Positions 36,874 through 52,000 are shown, numbered from the stretch's first letter. The stretch is 64,000 nt of DNA from Azolla caroliniana (GCA_043228905.1 JBHGNT010000014.1:19406001-19470000); one strand, 5' to 3'. Notes: generated by a model from the letters alone, not told the origin. Program-made: numbers and translations.

Positions 36874-39800
36874 GGAGATGATGATGAGCAACGCAAAGCA
36901 AAGAAGGAGCTGAGAAGAAGAATGGCGGCGAATAGGATGAAGAAAATGAAGATGAATACGATAATGAAGGCAACGTAAAGAAGAAGGATCGGGGGGGAGA
37001 TGAAGTTGATGACGATGACTAAGACTAAGACGAAGAAGAAGAAGAAGAAGAAGAAGAAGAATCTCAGGAGGAAGAGGGGTAATAAGAGAATGACAACGAA
37101 GAAGTGCGCGATGATGTAAAGAATGGAGAATCAGTAGGAAGATGGAGATAAGGAAGAAGAAGAAGAAGAAGGAGAAGGAGAAGGAAATGAAAATGCTGGC
37201 GATGGCGATGGCGATGGCGATGAGAAAGAAGAAGAAGGTGAGGAAGTGGCGTTTCGATGGAGAAGCTGTTGCAGAAGAGACGATGATGATGGGAAAGAAA
37301 GGGAAGGAGGAGGAGGAGGAGCTACCATCACCATGGCTGGCATCATCATCATCATCATCATCGCGTTAATTGAAGAGGACGAACAGCTGAAGACGACACA
37401 GACACGAGGTTCGAATGCCATCGCTTTCTCTTCTCTCTCTCTCTCTCTATCCGTTTTGCTTCTTCTTCTTCTTCTTCTTCTTCTTTTCTCTGTTTGTTTT
37501 GTGTTTTCCAATAGCAAATCGAAAAAGCAAAAAAAAAGAAACAGAAAAAAAGCAGAAAATCAAAAAGCAACATAAGAAAAAAAAAACTTTATGCTTTATG
37601 CCAAAATTTCAAAATAAACGAGAAAAAAGGTAAATAAGCTCGCCTTCTTTTTCCTTTTTCTTTTCATTTCTTTTATTTATTTATTTACCTTTCATTTCTG
37701 TGTTCTGTTTTTTTTTTTTTTTCCGGTTTGCCATTTGTTCTTTCTTTTTCTTTCACTCGTTTTGTCTTTTTTCCTCTCTTTTTTCACTCTTTGTTTTGTC
37801 TTTTTGTTCTCTTTTGTCCAAAAAATTCCACTTTTTTTCACTCTTCTGCTCTTTTTTTAGCTTCTTCTTTTTGTGTGACCCACCCTCGTGTTTCTCGATC
37901 TTCTTCTTCTTTGCTCAGATTGCTCTTTTATAGCATATGGTGCTCTGGTGGTGCCAAGGGAATGGCTGACTCTCCAAACAAAAGCCCTTCAACATCTCTC
38001 ACCTTTCCACTTCCATTCCCTACTCTCTCTCTCTCTTTCTCTCTCTCTCATGTCTTTGTCTTGTCTTGTCAATGAATCTCGCTTAAGCACGAGGAAGTTA
38101 TGGGCACGCGAAGAAGTTATTTCGCAACATGCTCGAATCCTACTCTAAAGAGCCTTTAAAACGACACTTCTCTCTCTCTCTCTCTCTCATATTAAAAAGT
38201 ATATATCTATCTATCTATAGAACAAAAGGTTGTGAATTGTATGATGACCACAAAGATATCGACCTCTCTCTCTCTCTCTCTCGTGAGAACAATAGATATT
38301 GAATGGTACAAAGACCAAGAGGTTGAGTCTTGAGAATGTGATCGCTCAATTTCACCCGGATGGGGGACCCGAGAATGGTTGGGCTCATTACAGTCCAAGA
38401 TGCTATGTTGTTCACTGAGAATGTGATAGCCAAATTCACGTGATAGGAAGCTTTTGGAATGATTGCAATCCAAGATGCCATGAAAGAAAGGTATATGTAT
38501 TTCAGGACAATTATGTTGAGATTCAAGATTCCTAAACATAGGAAAGAAGTGGGGACACATATTCAAGGGCTCTCCCAATGTTGCAATGCCCCATCACACA
38601 AGGCCATGATTTTAGACTAGAGATGGATTGGAATTTTCCAACAAACACTAGTTTATATAAAGTTTAACGAAATGAGGTATGTCATATTCTAATATCCAAA
38701 TCTAAATGAATGTTAGAGATGGTTTTTTGGGAATTGGGTTTTTGCAAGCCCATCAAGTTGTGGAAGGGGACAATAGAATTTGGATGGAGATCTTGTCTTC
38801 CCTTTCATGCTAAGGTTTTTATTCGGAGAGTTTTGGTAGCAAGATTAGATTAGGCATATGCATTAAGGAGTAGAAATGTTGCTAGTGGCGTGTATGTTAT
38901 TTGTACATTGGTGTTGGAACATAGTACACACAAATTTATCAATTACATTCAAAGTATCATCTCAAATCAATACTTCAATGTAGAGTAGAAGTTAGAACCA
39001 CCCCACCTTGTCAAAAAGAAGTGTATATATGTGGTGTGGACATCCAAAATAGAGAGATCAAAGCTCGCTTTCCAATAGGTTTTCTCATAATTGGATTCCT
39101 TGGTGTTTTCACCACACTTGGATGTTGTGTTTCAAATTTTTGGGTGTTTAGGCATATGGCATGCTTGGTGTAGCTACATTTCATGATATTGGATTTTATT
39201 TCACTTTACAATTTTCAGTATGTTCAGATTTGTAATTGTGGAATTTGTGATGGGGTCGCATGTCTTGAAGGGAGACATGTTGCACCCAATTTCTAGTATG
39301 TTTTCGTCTAACATTCAAATTGTTCAAGAAAGAGAAGTTGTTATTCCAAAGCCCAATGGCATTGAAGATTTCCTCATTAGGTTGGAAACATGAAAAACCT
39401 TCCATATATGAAAATATACTAAAAAATGCCAAATCTATTGAAACATGAAACTCTGTGAGACAATATTTTAAACTTTTAACCATAAAGCTACTAAAATACA
39501 ATAGAGACATTTCATCTCACCTCTATTGTGATACAAAGGCTAATACCAACATCTAATATCAATAGTTCCTAACTTTCCGGAGTGCTCGGAGAAAGGTGTC
39601 CTCATTCCCTTGAATGACGGTTGAAATTTTGAAACTTGTCAAGTTGGTTACAAATATTAATGAAAGGAAATGTTTTCAATCAATTTTCTTCTAACGACAT
39701 AAACTTATCACACATTCTCATAATTTCCTATTGTTCCTATAATAACAAACATAGTAAATTCTCATAATTATTTATTGTGCAAGCCTTTCTTCACTCAAAA

Positions 39801-41234
39801 GATGGTTCAACTTATTGGTTGTAAGTTTTCATAATTTTCAATGAAACGTATTTCAGAAACTTCCGAACAATATGAAATGCTTGGTTGGAGATATTAGCAT
39901 ACAATAGAACAATCCCGATATTAGTATACAAGAAATCTTACAAAACCCCATCCCTTAGCCATAAATCTTTGTATTTCAAAGTTTTCCTACTATATTTCTC
40001 TTTTTAGCTATTGAATATGTTACTTTGCCTTCTAGAAACATGCTTGTATCCGAGGTGGTTAAGTTGTCATTCACAATGTTAATGGGAAATGTAAATCATT
40101 GAGGAAAAGAAACATTCAAGTAAAAACACCAATGCATTTATGAAAGATAAGACAGATCAAAACAAAGGGAAATTTCATGTTGTGAAGTTGTAAGGTAGTG
40201 ACCACAAGGTGTTGCAACTTATCAAATGTGAAGATTTGCATGAATATTAGGGGGAACAAATCAAATGTTAGTTCCATGTAAAAGATTCCAGTTACTCAAT
40301 GATTTATGACTTTGATCATTTAACAATTTCAATCTCTACATTTGTCTTTCTTTGTCCTCTAATGGCATGTAATGATGTCTATTATTTGTTTACCTAGTTT
40401 CCCATCGTCCAATGTAATGACTTCTCTTGTTAATTAATGTACATAGTTTTGGCACACAAATTTACTTTTAACGATCCATTTAAAGGTTAGCTTAACCGTC
40501 TCATTCTCTACTTTTTTCTAACTATTCATCAAGCAAGCACTCAAATCTCCATTTTTTAATAAACACATGTCATTTTTGACTCATTTTGGTCATACCTCTC
40601 TAAAGAGCCCAACTATTGTGGTGGTACCTTTTTCTATCAAAACTTCGTTTTACAATTTAGTGTGATATTTTGGTTCAAAAAGATGTTTGGCCACTTCTTT
40701 AAGTATCCAATACATTCACAAACAAGAGGAAGTGCATGTCACTATGCCATTGATTAAAATATCTTCTCATCCCCTTGGTCACCTTGTTTCATTACATTCT
40801 CCCTCAATGTGGTGAGCTAAGATGAACTATAGTGAAACGGAGCAATATTGCAATGTGATGACCCTTGGAAGTGGCATGACACCCCATTTCTAGAAGCAAG
40901 TAATATATGAGGATAACATAAATTCTCTTAACAATCTTCAATTGCTTTAAAAAATTGTTCACATCTCAATACAAATCATCATCATACATCGGACATGCAC
41001 ATCCTCTACATATCCATTTATCGACAACTTACAACACTCTTGGCTTGTTTGCGAAAATTGCCAACAAAAACAAGCTCCTCTTGTGCCATCACAACATTTG
41101 AGCCACAAACTAAAAATAGCTGTCATGTTACACCAACAACAATGTACAAAAGTTTCTGAAAAAATGAATCCTTGCAAACATTGGATTTCTTCTACGCACC
41201 CCCTTTTCACGTTATTTTTGCAGATACATTATAT

Positions 41235-44200
41235 TTACACTATTGCACCATCTGGCATGCTATTAGAACTAGTCTTCCGATGGTGAAATAGTTTTGCAAT
41301 ACTCTTGCGTTCACAATCCTACATAAACAAACATAGCATTTTAACACCAAATCAGTATAATACAATGTTACAAGGGATATAAACATAAGTTGTAATCTTC
41401 ATACATTAATGGAGTCAATTAGGCTAGCCTATGGCCCCTACAAATTGATTCCATTAAAGTAAGGTTCATGTTCCATATGCGCTCATAACATATAATGGTA
41501 AAGCTAAAGGATGGTCAATTGATTTCACCAAAGCAGGAAACATGCAATTTGAGCATGGAATTAGAAAGGGAAAAATACAAAATACTAGGACATTGTTAAC
41601 TTATTGGGTATTAACCAGGATACCCCAAAGTTTCTAAATAAGATAAGATCAATTTCTGTCAGGGAAGTTTTGTAAACTTTGGGGTGTTCCAATAATTACT
41701 ACTCAGGCAGTTTTTGGAAACTAAGGGGTATGTGATTTTTACTTTTTCTTTTTTACTTAAGGATATTCTAGTAAATTGCCCAAGAAATTAAGGAGTATTT
41801 AAATAGTTTTTGAAAACTTAGGGGTATTTCAGTAAATAACCAACAAGTTCTACATATATTCTGGTAAAATTTCCCAACTTAAATAGTTGCCAAAGTAACA
41901 ATGATGAAAAGTTCACCTTAAACATGTTCAGATAGAACAGCTTCCCTGGATTTGTTCTCACCAGCTTCATGTATGTATACGCAAAGCTTAACTGGTCACG
42001 AGATGTAAACCGATCTACTTCATTGAACCATAAACAAGAGAAAAGGTTTGACATAGGAGAATGCTCTCGAATGATAAATGAACCTTCCGGAACATCTGCA
42101 ATGTCTCAAGAGAAAACAATATAAGAGGAATTGCTAATGGAAAAGAATAACTATGAAATTGGTGAAAAAGTATAAAATATGTATAAAAAGCTGTACGAAA
42201 TAGATGTATACAATATGTCTGATTGTGTTCTAAATACAGGCTGCAGGGTTTGAAAACTTACTGCTTGGGAGTAGCTTTTTTGGGTCTGATGCATTGAACC
42301 TTGTTAAACCATCTTTCTGGTAGAATGCAAACTGTTCATCAATTGCACTATGATTGTACTTATTCAGTTTCTTGTTTTGCTGCACTTCTTCCCAGACACA
42401 GTGCCGATCATAATGATTCGAAATGGCATATTCATGGCCTTTTCGCCACAAAAAATATTCTAGAATCAAGATAGGATCATTCTGCAAGCGAAGCTTACTA
42501 TCAAGCCATATGGAGAACCTGTGATAGAGTTTTTATACCATAAATAGTCATAAAAATCTTTAACCAAATCATGCACTTGAATGCAAATTTATATCATCAA
42601 AGAGATGCTCTAGATCAATTTTATGCAAATTTCTGTTGTGAAAAGACAAGTTCTGGATGAATGTATATTCCTGTTGTAAAAGAAATTTTAGCATGAAAAG
42701 TCATAAAAATATCTAACCAAACCATGCATTTGAATGCTTATTTATACCATGAGAAGCTCTAGATAAAGTGTATGCACGTTTCTGTTATGAAAAGTGACGT
42801 TATGGATCAAATTGTCAGTATATTCATGTTATAAAAGAGAAGTTCTAGATCCATTAAGAATGAACATTCCCTTACCGAGCAGTTGGAAAAAGACGATGAG
42901 ACAAAAACTTAGGAATCTTCCCAACCCGACGAGCATCTGTATATGGCATATTGCTCACTAGTACAAGTTTCCATAAGCCAAGATAACCTCTCTCATCCGG
43001 TTGTTGCCGCTCCTCCTTTAGTAGATCTAATGTTTGTTGATCTACAAACATAACGAAGCACACATCCTTCTTGAAAGATCCTGTCAACTGGACAATTAAT
43101 AGGCCCTTCCTTAGTAAAGAAACTAACATTTAAAGGCGACAATGTTTTTTTCTTCATTCAATTTTTTTCTGAGGGGGAATTGATTGCCATTTCTGGCAAC
43201 AAAAGGTGGGATGGGAATTGAATTTCTGACCTATGGCATACAAGGATATAAAGAAACAACATAATAGCAGATATTTTAAGAATGGGGTAATATAAATAGG
43301 GAATTTGTAAATTCACAGTTTTTTCTGTATTTTCACAGTTTTTTTTTTAGTTCAGAAATATGATTACAAATGATAGCCAGAAAAACTGTGAAAATACAGA
43401 AAAAACTGTGAATTTACCAATTTCCTATAAATAATACCCTGGTATATGGCCTAATATATGTACATGTACTTCAATATAATAAGACATCACCAAATAATAG
43501 TATCACGCTTGGTATTAGGCCATACACAAAGGGTATTTTGAATGCTACCCCCTATAATAATAATATATTGTAATGACAAGGGCATACTCGAATCCTTGGA
43601 GAATGAATATTATCTGAGCTGCCAAATATACATGAGATTACAGCAACCTTACAAGTACTCATATACCGAGTATCCTCTTCTGTAAGATCAAAACCCGATG
43701 TTCTAGAACTTCCAGATTCTTGAACAAAACCACAATGAATAGTTTGGTCCATAGCTTGGAAGGATCGATTCCTTTGTAGAAGTGTTTGATGACCAGCAAA
43801 CCTAGTTTCCCAACCAGGAACTCCCTGTGAATCTTCATATTGTATGTAATTCAAGGAGAAGTTCCTAAACCGACTATTAGGTTCCGGAAATCCATGACTG
43901 GTGTTGAGAAAATCAATGTGGCATGGATCGCCTGGTTTGGAAAGAAAGTAGCAATTATATGCACCAAAACATTCAAAGGCCCTACTAGGAAATCAAAGAA
44001 AATTTTGAATAGCAGAGTACGTGATATATCTTGCATGAGGCATTAATTCATAGTAACTTACGTTGATGATGGCGAGTTTTCTGAACCGATCGATGCCGCG
44101 TCACAGCTTCCCTTTTCAAGCTTCTCGTACTTTCTTCATGGATTCCACTTAGTGTCTTGGAGGTTTCCATTGAGTCACCCATTACATTGTTCTTCTGTAG

Positions 44201-47200
44201 CTCTATGTTATGTTGGGGATTACGAGTTTCCTGGAAAGATGTTTGAGGATATTCTTCTTCATAAATGTCATAGAGCACATTTTCATCTGAGAGTGAAGTT
44301 TCACTTTTGCTCACTTCAGTTGAATTCGACTGACCTATATTTACCTTGAACGTGATATCCTCATCAATGGTTCGACTACCTCCGCTATGATCATGATTTA
44401 TTGCTGCCTCCATAGTATTCAAACCTGACGTATCTTGTACTTTTGAAGTGTAAGGCTCCCTCTCAAAACCATCTTCAAGTTTCTGTTCATGTTCACGCAG
44501 CTCTTTTCGACCTCTCTCATTGTATAAGCCACCATTTCCTATACTGGAGAGCTTCAATGGAGTTTCTTGCTGGTGAAGAGGATCAGATTCCCGTTTTACA
44601 TTAGTAAAACTACTATCTCTTTTAGCCTTCAACTTTGCATCACTCTTTAAACTTTCATCTTTCGAAATATGTCCATGAATCTGCTCATCATCCATTTCCA
44701 CGTCATCATCATCATAATAATCTGAATACTTGTTCCGCTTTCTATCATCTTTATCCCAGTATCGTGAATCTCTATTTACAAAGTCATCTTCCACAAATGT
44801 CCTGCCAAATTGAACTTCCCTTTTCGTTTCATGGTTTTTTTCACCATCAATATCATCCTTCCAATCTGTATGAGTAATTGATGTTACAGTCAGCTTGAGC
44901 TTAAAAATGATATAAATCTTTGTAAGTATTAGCTGCACAAATTTTCCTACATATATCTACAGCAAATCCCCCTTCCATCATCACATACATTATTCTTTTT
45001 TTATCGTAGTTAGCTTACCCTAGTGGTAATTTGTTAGACTACCAGCACAAATCCTTGGGTTCAAGCCTCAACTTCCACACCTCTTTACTAAACCATAGAT
45101 ACTTTTTCCTAATTTACTAAATGCCACTGTGGAATGTACAGGTTGAAACCATGATATCGTAGTTTCCACCTGACAACCTGACCAGATGAGCTACAACAAT
45201 CTGGGCAACAGTATTCTTTTCTGATCTTAAATGAGCTTTGGTGAAACATCTCAGAAAGTAATGAGTTTTCATTTTTCAATATTTAATTGTTGCATCCTAT
45301 ACTGTTAGAATCTCAGCTTTAATTTAAACGAGCTTTTGTGAAACATCTCACAATATAGGATTCAGTGTTGAAGTACTTTAGTTGTAGGGTTTTGTGTTGA
45401 GATGGCTCTGCTGAGGTAGCAACTTGCCCATAAAGAGGTTAGACATTTTTTGCTAAGGGATCACAAACTGGTCTCTCCCAAAAAATCTCTCTTTCCCTTT
45501 TTGGAAGGCAAACTTCCTAAATATATAATAGGGTCAACTTAGCAGTCCTCCACTAAAGCTCTCCAATCCCTCAGCTCTCCCTTTTCCTCTTAATTTTGTA
45601 ATAGATGGTGCTTAAAACAGTGTGCTATGTGCACCTGTACAATACACACTCAGTTTATCTTTAATTACATGACTAAGAAACTTTGCCTTTTCTTTTAATT
45701 AAAAATTTAAGTTTCCTAAAAATTGGCAGTTTATCATGCACTAATCAGTTTTTTACTTCTGTATTTCTAACACATCATACAAACATCAGGGCTTGTAACT
45801 CCACTACAAGTCGAACATAATCTTGTGGTTAACTGGTACCCTCTCCCAAATCAACAATTAGCACTCACTTTAGCACTCACTTGTATTTAATTTGAAAGAG
45901 TCACTGGCATTTCTTTGCAATGGATCCTGTCAACAATAAGACCATTGTATCAGAAACATATATTGTTTTCTAAAGCAAAAATGCATGTTTCACCAAATAC
46001 CTGGTTTTCCAAGAAGTCATGTGTTTGTAACCACGCTGGTCTACCTGTCATTGTAACAAGGATCTATCCTAATCCAATAATTAGATTAAATAAACCATAA
46101 ATAATTGAATAACAAGATAGAGCCTAGCAGCAATACTTTCCACTTCAAGCAACCGTTTTCTACATGTTTAGATGCATCCCATAGTAAGCCTGGCGGTTGT
46201 AGATTCAGCCATGGGGATGAGAATGTGCATGGAAAGAAAACACCATGTGGAATAGAGGGTAGGCTATCCATTTACATATCCAACTCATGGGTCATTCCAG
46301 AGTATGTGCCTATTTTTCTTGTTCCTATCCTTAAGTTGGTTCCTAATGAATAAATCATCTGTTATTATGTGTTGTAATAAGGTGGTTATGCATAAAGCAT
46401 CTACGGTTATGCAAGAAAAAAGTAGCAAAAGTTAACGTCTTCAGATCTCAGAGCTAGCAGATGCATGAATAAGCAATAACATGCAATAAATTGTTTTCTA
46501 AATCATATGAGGTTACGCGTATTGTAATAATAATGCAAGAAAAGAGCAACAAAAGGTAGAGTCTTAGGATCTCCAAACTAGCAAATGCATGAATAAGCAA
46601 CAATACGCAATAAACTATTTTTTAAAACAACAAAAGCAATGAACAACAAAGTAGAGGATAAGGAACTAGCATCAAAATATACGTCGTAAGTGAGGGAGGT
46701 ATTGAAAATAAGCACTGCTTTAGACTTAATTTTGTAATGTTAATACAGACATATCCACCTATAACTTCAGACTCAGCCATAAGACCCATATGTTAATGAA
46801 GGCATGTCCACATATAAATTCAGACTTATTCATGAGAACCCCACATTCATAAACACAAGTTCACATATGCCTTTATAGTCAATCATGAGAAACCCATATT
46901 AATGGAAACACATCCACATATTAATTAAGATTCAATCATGAGAAAGAAAGATATATAACGTCTCTTAAGAGGCCATAATGGCTATGCAGCTGAACCAGAG
47001 ATTACATCTCAAATTGTTATCTCATCCTGGGGAACAACAAATCAAAATAATTATAAATATAAAGAGACCACTAAGGCTACCAGGGAGCAACTGAAGGCAT
47101 ACCCACATACAATTTTAGACTCAACCACGGGAAATCCATGCTAATATCTAAAGATACCTTTAGACTCAATAATTAAAACCTCATGTTAATGAAGACATGC

Positions 47201-47844
47201 CCACATATAGCTTAAGACCAAATCAAGTTAGAGATGACATCCTGAAATATAAATTAGAGTCGATCATAGACAGAAGCAATCATACACACAACCTTAGACT
47301 CGATTATGGACATATTTGCATAAAAATTTGAGCTCAATCATAGAGATATCCACATATAAATTTGGACTCCATCAATTTGAGGGATATAACTTTGGAAATC
47401 ATTATGTTAATAGGAAATATCCACCTATGAACTTCAAGTCAATCATATGTACATATTTCAGCTCGATCATGTTAATAAAATATTTCCACTCTGAATTTCA
47501 ACTTAATCATGTTTATGAAGACATACAGATAATATAGCTTTAATCATGTTTATGAAGACATAACCATACAAAAATTTCGATTTAAAATGCATAATCTGAC
47601 CTTTGTGGTTCCTAACGAAAGAGAAGAGATAATTCCCTCCTATAACAGTGAAGCTGACCAGACACAGAGCAATCACTACGAAGGCACCATATCCACATGA
47701 AGAATGAGAAGCCCTAGCTCCTGTTCTGATCTGCTTTTTTACTCTGTAATTGTTATATTTCATGACTCCAATGGGAACAGTACTGCTCTTCTGATGATCA
47801 GAATTTATAGTATGAAGATCTTGCTGCGAACGAAGAGAGGCCAT
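41235..47844 (-). CDS. DUF616 (TOD1/MUCI70-family) glycosyltransferase-like type II membrane protein, multi-exon
   Basis: Exon 1 encodes a TM helix, followed by a long hydrophilic exon (~44060-44870). Later exons give RFAGHQTL..R..SF, IHCGFV, CKVAVISCIFG, VCFVMFVD, RRVGKIPKFLSHRLFP, WLDSKLRLQNDP, AISNHYDRHCVWEEV, SCLWFNEVDRFTSRDQLSF and DCERKSIAKLFHHR...*. Confidence 0.9.
43299..43425. mobile_element. 127-bp MITE with 8-bp TSD in a DUF616 intron
   Basis: ~45-bp TIRs gg(g/a)aatt(t/g)gtaaattcacagttttttctgtattttcacagttttt; TATAAATA at 43291-43298 and 43426-43433. Confidence 0.85.
46740..47590. repeat. Degenerate ~50-bp tandem repeat array in DUF616 intron 1
   Basis: Recurring agactcaatcatgaga..cccat..taatgaagacat.tccacatata, more than 10 decayed copies. 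Confidence 0.75.
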
Positions 47845-48393
47845 TTCTCTCTACACATCCTTTTGTTAATTTTCAATCCTTCACAATTCTTCTTTTGTTT
47901 GTGAATGCATGGTCCTCTGTTTATTTTCTTCTTCCTGAGAGAGAGAGAGAGAGATCAGAGAAAAACAGAACAAGTATATACTTTTTGGGCTTTTGTTTTT
48001 GTTAATGAGAAGTTAAGTATTAAAAAACTCTTAGTCTGTCTGAACTTTGCATTAAAAAAACAGAGACTGAGTATTCAAGAACTCAATTCAAAGAAGCAAA
48101 AAAAACCTAATGTGTGTGTGTGTGTATTGTAAATTTGTATGTATGTATGTATGTATTACAACAACCTAAAGGCTCACGGGTCACACTTCCACATGAAGAA
48201 AAATGAACACGGGAAAAAAATGCCTCAATCTCGGCTTGATCGCGCCTACTTGGGGCCTCCTATGTATACATGCCCACACTCTAAAACACCTATAAGATAT
48301 GGTTTCAAATCTTACCAAAATAGATGACCTTACAGAATTCACAGATTGAATGCATTACCTCACATCGATTAGCAGACATATAACCTCACCAAT

Positions 48394-48440
<47 letters not shown>

Positions 48441-48568
48441 GCATGAAAAGAATGCTATGTACCTTGTTGATACAACTGACTTAGGTGTTGCCACCACATG
48501 GGTGGAGGGACATGTTGAAGTGCCAATAGGTAGAAAGAACACGTTTGTCGAGGAGACAAGGATAGAAT

Positions 48569-49091
48569 TGTTAGGAATATGTCCCTCCTGTGGGAGGAGC
48601 CGACAATTGAAGACAAGGAGTAGTCGATTGGTCAGGCTGAGAGCCAACAATCGATGACATGGAGAGTTGACAACATTCTATAAGTGATCCAAGTTGAAGA
48701 AACAACCGACTAGTCAGGCCGACTGGACAGTCAACATAGGAGTCGGCAAGTCGAATCAACTAGTCGACTAGTCAACTGATTAACTGTTATTGTTATTACT
48801 ATAATAATAGGAATAATAGTAGTAGAGGCTACATTTGTAAGTAGCCCATATTGTGTATAAGTATAAATACACCTAGGGCAAACTTATAGTGTGTAGAACA
48901 GAAAGTGTAGAGCATAATAGAGAGAGCCCTGTGTGGCTGATACACTATGTGCAGAAGAGTGTTGTATTCTTGTTCCTTTTTGTATTCTCTATTGTATAGT
49001 GGATCTCTGTTCCTGTGGTTTCCCCGTTTAGGGTTTCCACGTAAAACTCCGTGTATTTGTTGTTTTCACGTTCTGTCTGTACATTTCAACA
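48569..49091 (+). mobile_element. Solo LTR of a Copia-like family
   Basis: TGTT...AACA ends; TATAAATA near 48862; U5-like gtggttttccccgtttagggtttccacgt resembles the LTR of the Copia at 55579-61180. The 5-bp flanks (agaat / tatcg) do not match. Confidence 0.7.
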
Positions 49092-52000
49092 TATCGTCAT
49101 CTCAGATCTACGATCCCATCTCAATAATAACTTAACTCCATGTCTTTTTGATAGTTTGTCATCCATTATTACCTTTTCATGTCTCATGTTACACAAGTAA
49201 ATTATGGAAGAGAGAGCTTATTTTGTTTACTTCCGCCATGATCATGGTCAATGTTAGATCCTACCCCAATTGTTTATTATTTTTATGACCCCACTATGCT
49301 CCAACTAGTTTGTGATATACTTCCACAAACCCTTTCTAGTTTGATACTCTTACCTCGTCCACTTCTTCAAAGTCCTATCTAGAACATTGTTCCATTTGTT
49401 TCTATGTCATAGTGACATGATGAAAACAAAGACAATGATGATCGAGAGATAACATGCACATGTGGCCATGTACAATTGAAAGAGCAGTGACATTATGAAC
49501 TCTCTTAAATATTTCACTATTAAGGTTCCGATGGACATATGTAGGCAAGATGAATGCAAAGAAGATTTGATGTAGAACATAATCAATACTTTATATATTA
49601 GAATATCTATGTGCGTAAGGACATCTGAAGTTCAAACAATTATATATGGGGTATGGAGTTTGGGCAACATTCAACACGATATTTCTCAATTTCACATGAG
49701 GCCACATGGACATTGAGTAAAAAAAAGAAGAATTGGTCTCACAAATCAAGGTGTGTTCGCTTCACAACAAGGAAATTATATGCAAATGAGGTATGTTTAC
49801 TATTAGAGCACTCAAAATACAAAGTTCATAAGAGAAGAGTTCCCTTTGCTTCTTAAGAAGAAGGAAGAGGTTTTGATTATTTCATAAATAAGCCACCAAA
49901 AGTAGTGGGACATATCACCATAAGAGCCATTTAGCATCATGGGTAACAACTCATATTTTTGGGCCCAAAATTATGGGATGAGCTCCGTTAATTGTTTACT
50001 TTTGGTCCATTAGGCAATTAGACACCTATAGGATGATAATAAAGATCACGCGGCATTTGAATGGATCAACATGGCTAATCTTGCTTTCTCTCTCTTTTTA
50101 TTTGGGTTTTGTTAGTTTTCACTTCTCAAACAAGTGAACAAACTATAGCATGTGTATTGTTTTTGTCTTACATGCCACATTGGCCTCTCTAAAGAAATCA
50201 ATATACTCCTTATGCTTCAATCTCTCTCTCTCTCTCTCTCTCATCGAATTCATATAAATAATTTATTGATTCATTGTCTAATTGATGGCACGACAAGTAG
50301 TAGTTATAATGTTATAATATGTGGTTTGGTTGTTCCCATTTATATAGTCTACCATTATGATCATGTCATCTTGCAAGATAGGGGAATATAGCTAAAAGTG
50401 AATCACTCCAATCATCGTGTAAGGTTATGATTGGTCAACAATATTGAATCATGGAAATTCCTAGAGAAGTGCAATTGTATAACAAAGAGTGAAGGATATG
50501 AAACAAATGACCAAGCTAAGGCTTCTAAGTATCTTTTTCTGTAAATAAACAAGGATCTAGGCATGTAGGTTAGATTAGATTAGGTTTGTTCATTGTGCAC
50601 AAGGAGACCAAATTTCACTTACATGACCAAATAAACATATATTATATGCATCTCCTTCTAAGAAAGGAGACTCCTATTATAGTAAAAACACTCTATGTGT
50701 AAATAATGCATGAAATATGTGCTCACCCTTCTTGGTGGAGATTTGTGTAGGATACTTAAATTATCATGCTCATATAACAAGTCATCATAATTATCGTGAA
50801 TTATATCTTATGTCGAGCTTGCAAGAAGCAAGTAATATTCATCCTCCACTTGATTTTGATTGCATATCTTCATAATTCAACACCCAAGTAAAAGCTCTCC
50901 GAGAGCTAAGACTCATGAAGCTAGTAAAATGTGGTTATATACGTTTTGGTCTTTGTACCTTGTATCAGGGCCAACATTGAGGATTAATAATTTGATAATA
51001 ATCCATTTTTGACATTATAGCATATTGCCACTTCTTCCTTAGTGCCTCTTGGAATCTATCCTAACTGATCACATACTTCATATCATCACCTAAAGCTCCA
51101 ATAGATCTTCTTCTTCCCATTTTTTAAACCATTTTATAATGTCCACTACTCAACCAAATTATGAAGTGATTTGCTAATATACATACTTTTCTTTGGTATG
51201 ATAAGAGGTGACTATATTTTATTGCACACATGTACACCCACTACATATGGGATCAAACACACATTGGAGAATTGAGCTTGAGATCTCCGCACCAAGGTTG
51301 TTAGGTACGTTAGGTACAATATGGATACCATAGGTATTTAACGTATTAATACCCGTATAGTACCTCCCAATTTAAAAATACGTTAAATACGTTTTCTTAA
51401 TATGTTAAATACTTATAAAATACGTAAAATACGTATAGTATGTTAAATACTTCTAGAATTTGAAAATTATTTACCTTTCTAAAAAATATCTATAATATTG
51501 TAAAAAACATCTATGTTTACACAATTTTGTGATGTAAAATATAATTCTACATCCTAAAATGCATATGAGACATTTGAACATTTCACATCCTAAAATACTT
51601 GTAGTAATATGGATGTCGAGATTCCCTTATTCTATAAATCAGTGTAAGTGTGTATCACGATGTTCTACTTCAAATTGTAATTATTTACAATTATGCCTTT
51701 ATAGATTGAAGAATCGTCTACGATTACCACACTCATGATAGGTTTCTCTTTTCTTCGTTTTCTTCTTCTTCTATCTTCTGTGATTATCACACTCAGGACA
51801 GGTTTATGTCTTCTTTTCTCTCTTCTTCTTCTTCTTCTTCTTCTTCTTCATTGTTGTCTCTTCTATTCTTCTTTCTTCCTTCCTTTGGCTTCTTTTTCAC
51901 TAAAATCTTTTTTTTCTTTTGCTTTTTGTTAGGGTTTTACTTACATTTTCTTTATAAATACGTATTATACCTGTTTTTAAATACGTTAAATACCGTATTG

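Noticed and set aside
36900-38150. Low-complexity ORFs upstream of the GONST-like gene
   Set aside because: GAA/CTT/GA simple repeats in the 5' UTR and promoter region.
38230-39140. Possible old LTR remnant
   Set aside because: A weak U5-like motif near 39070 only; no partner LTR, TSD or clear ends.
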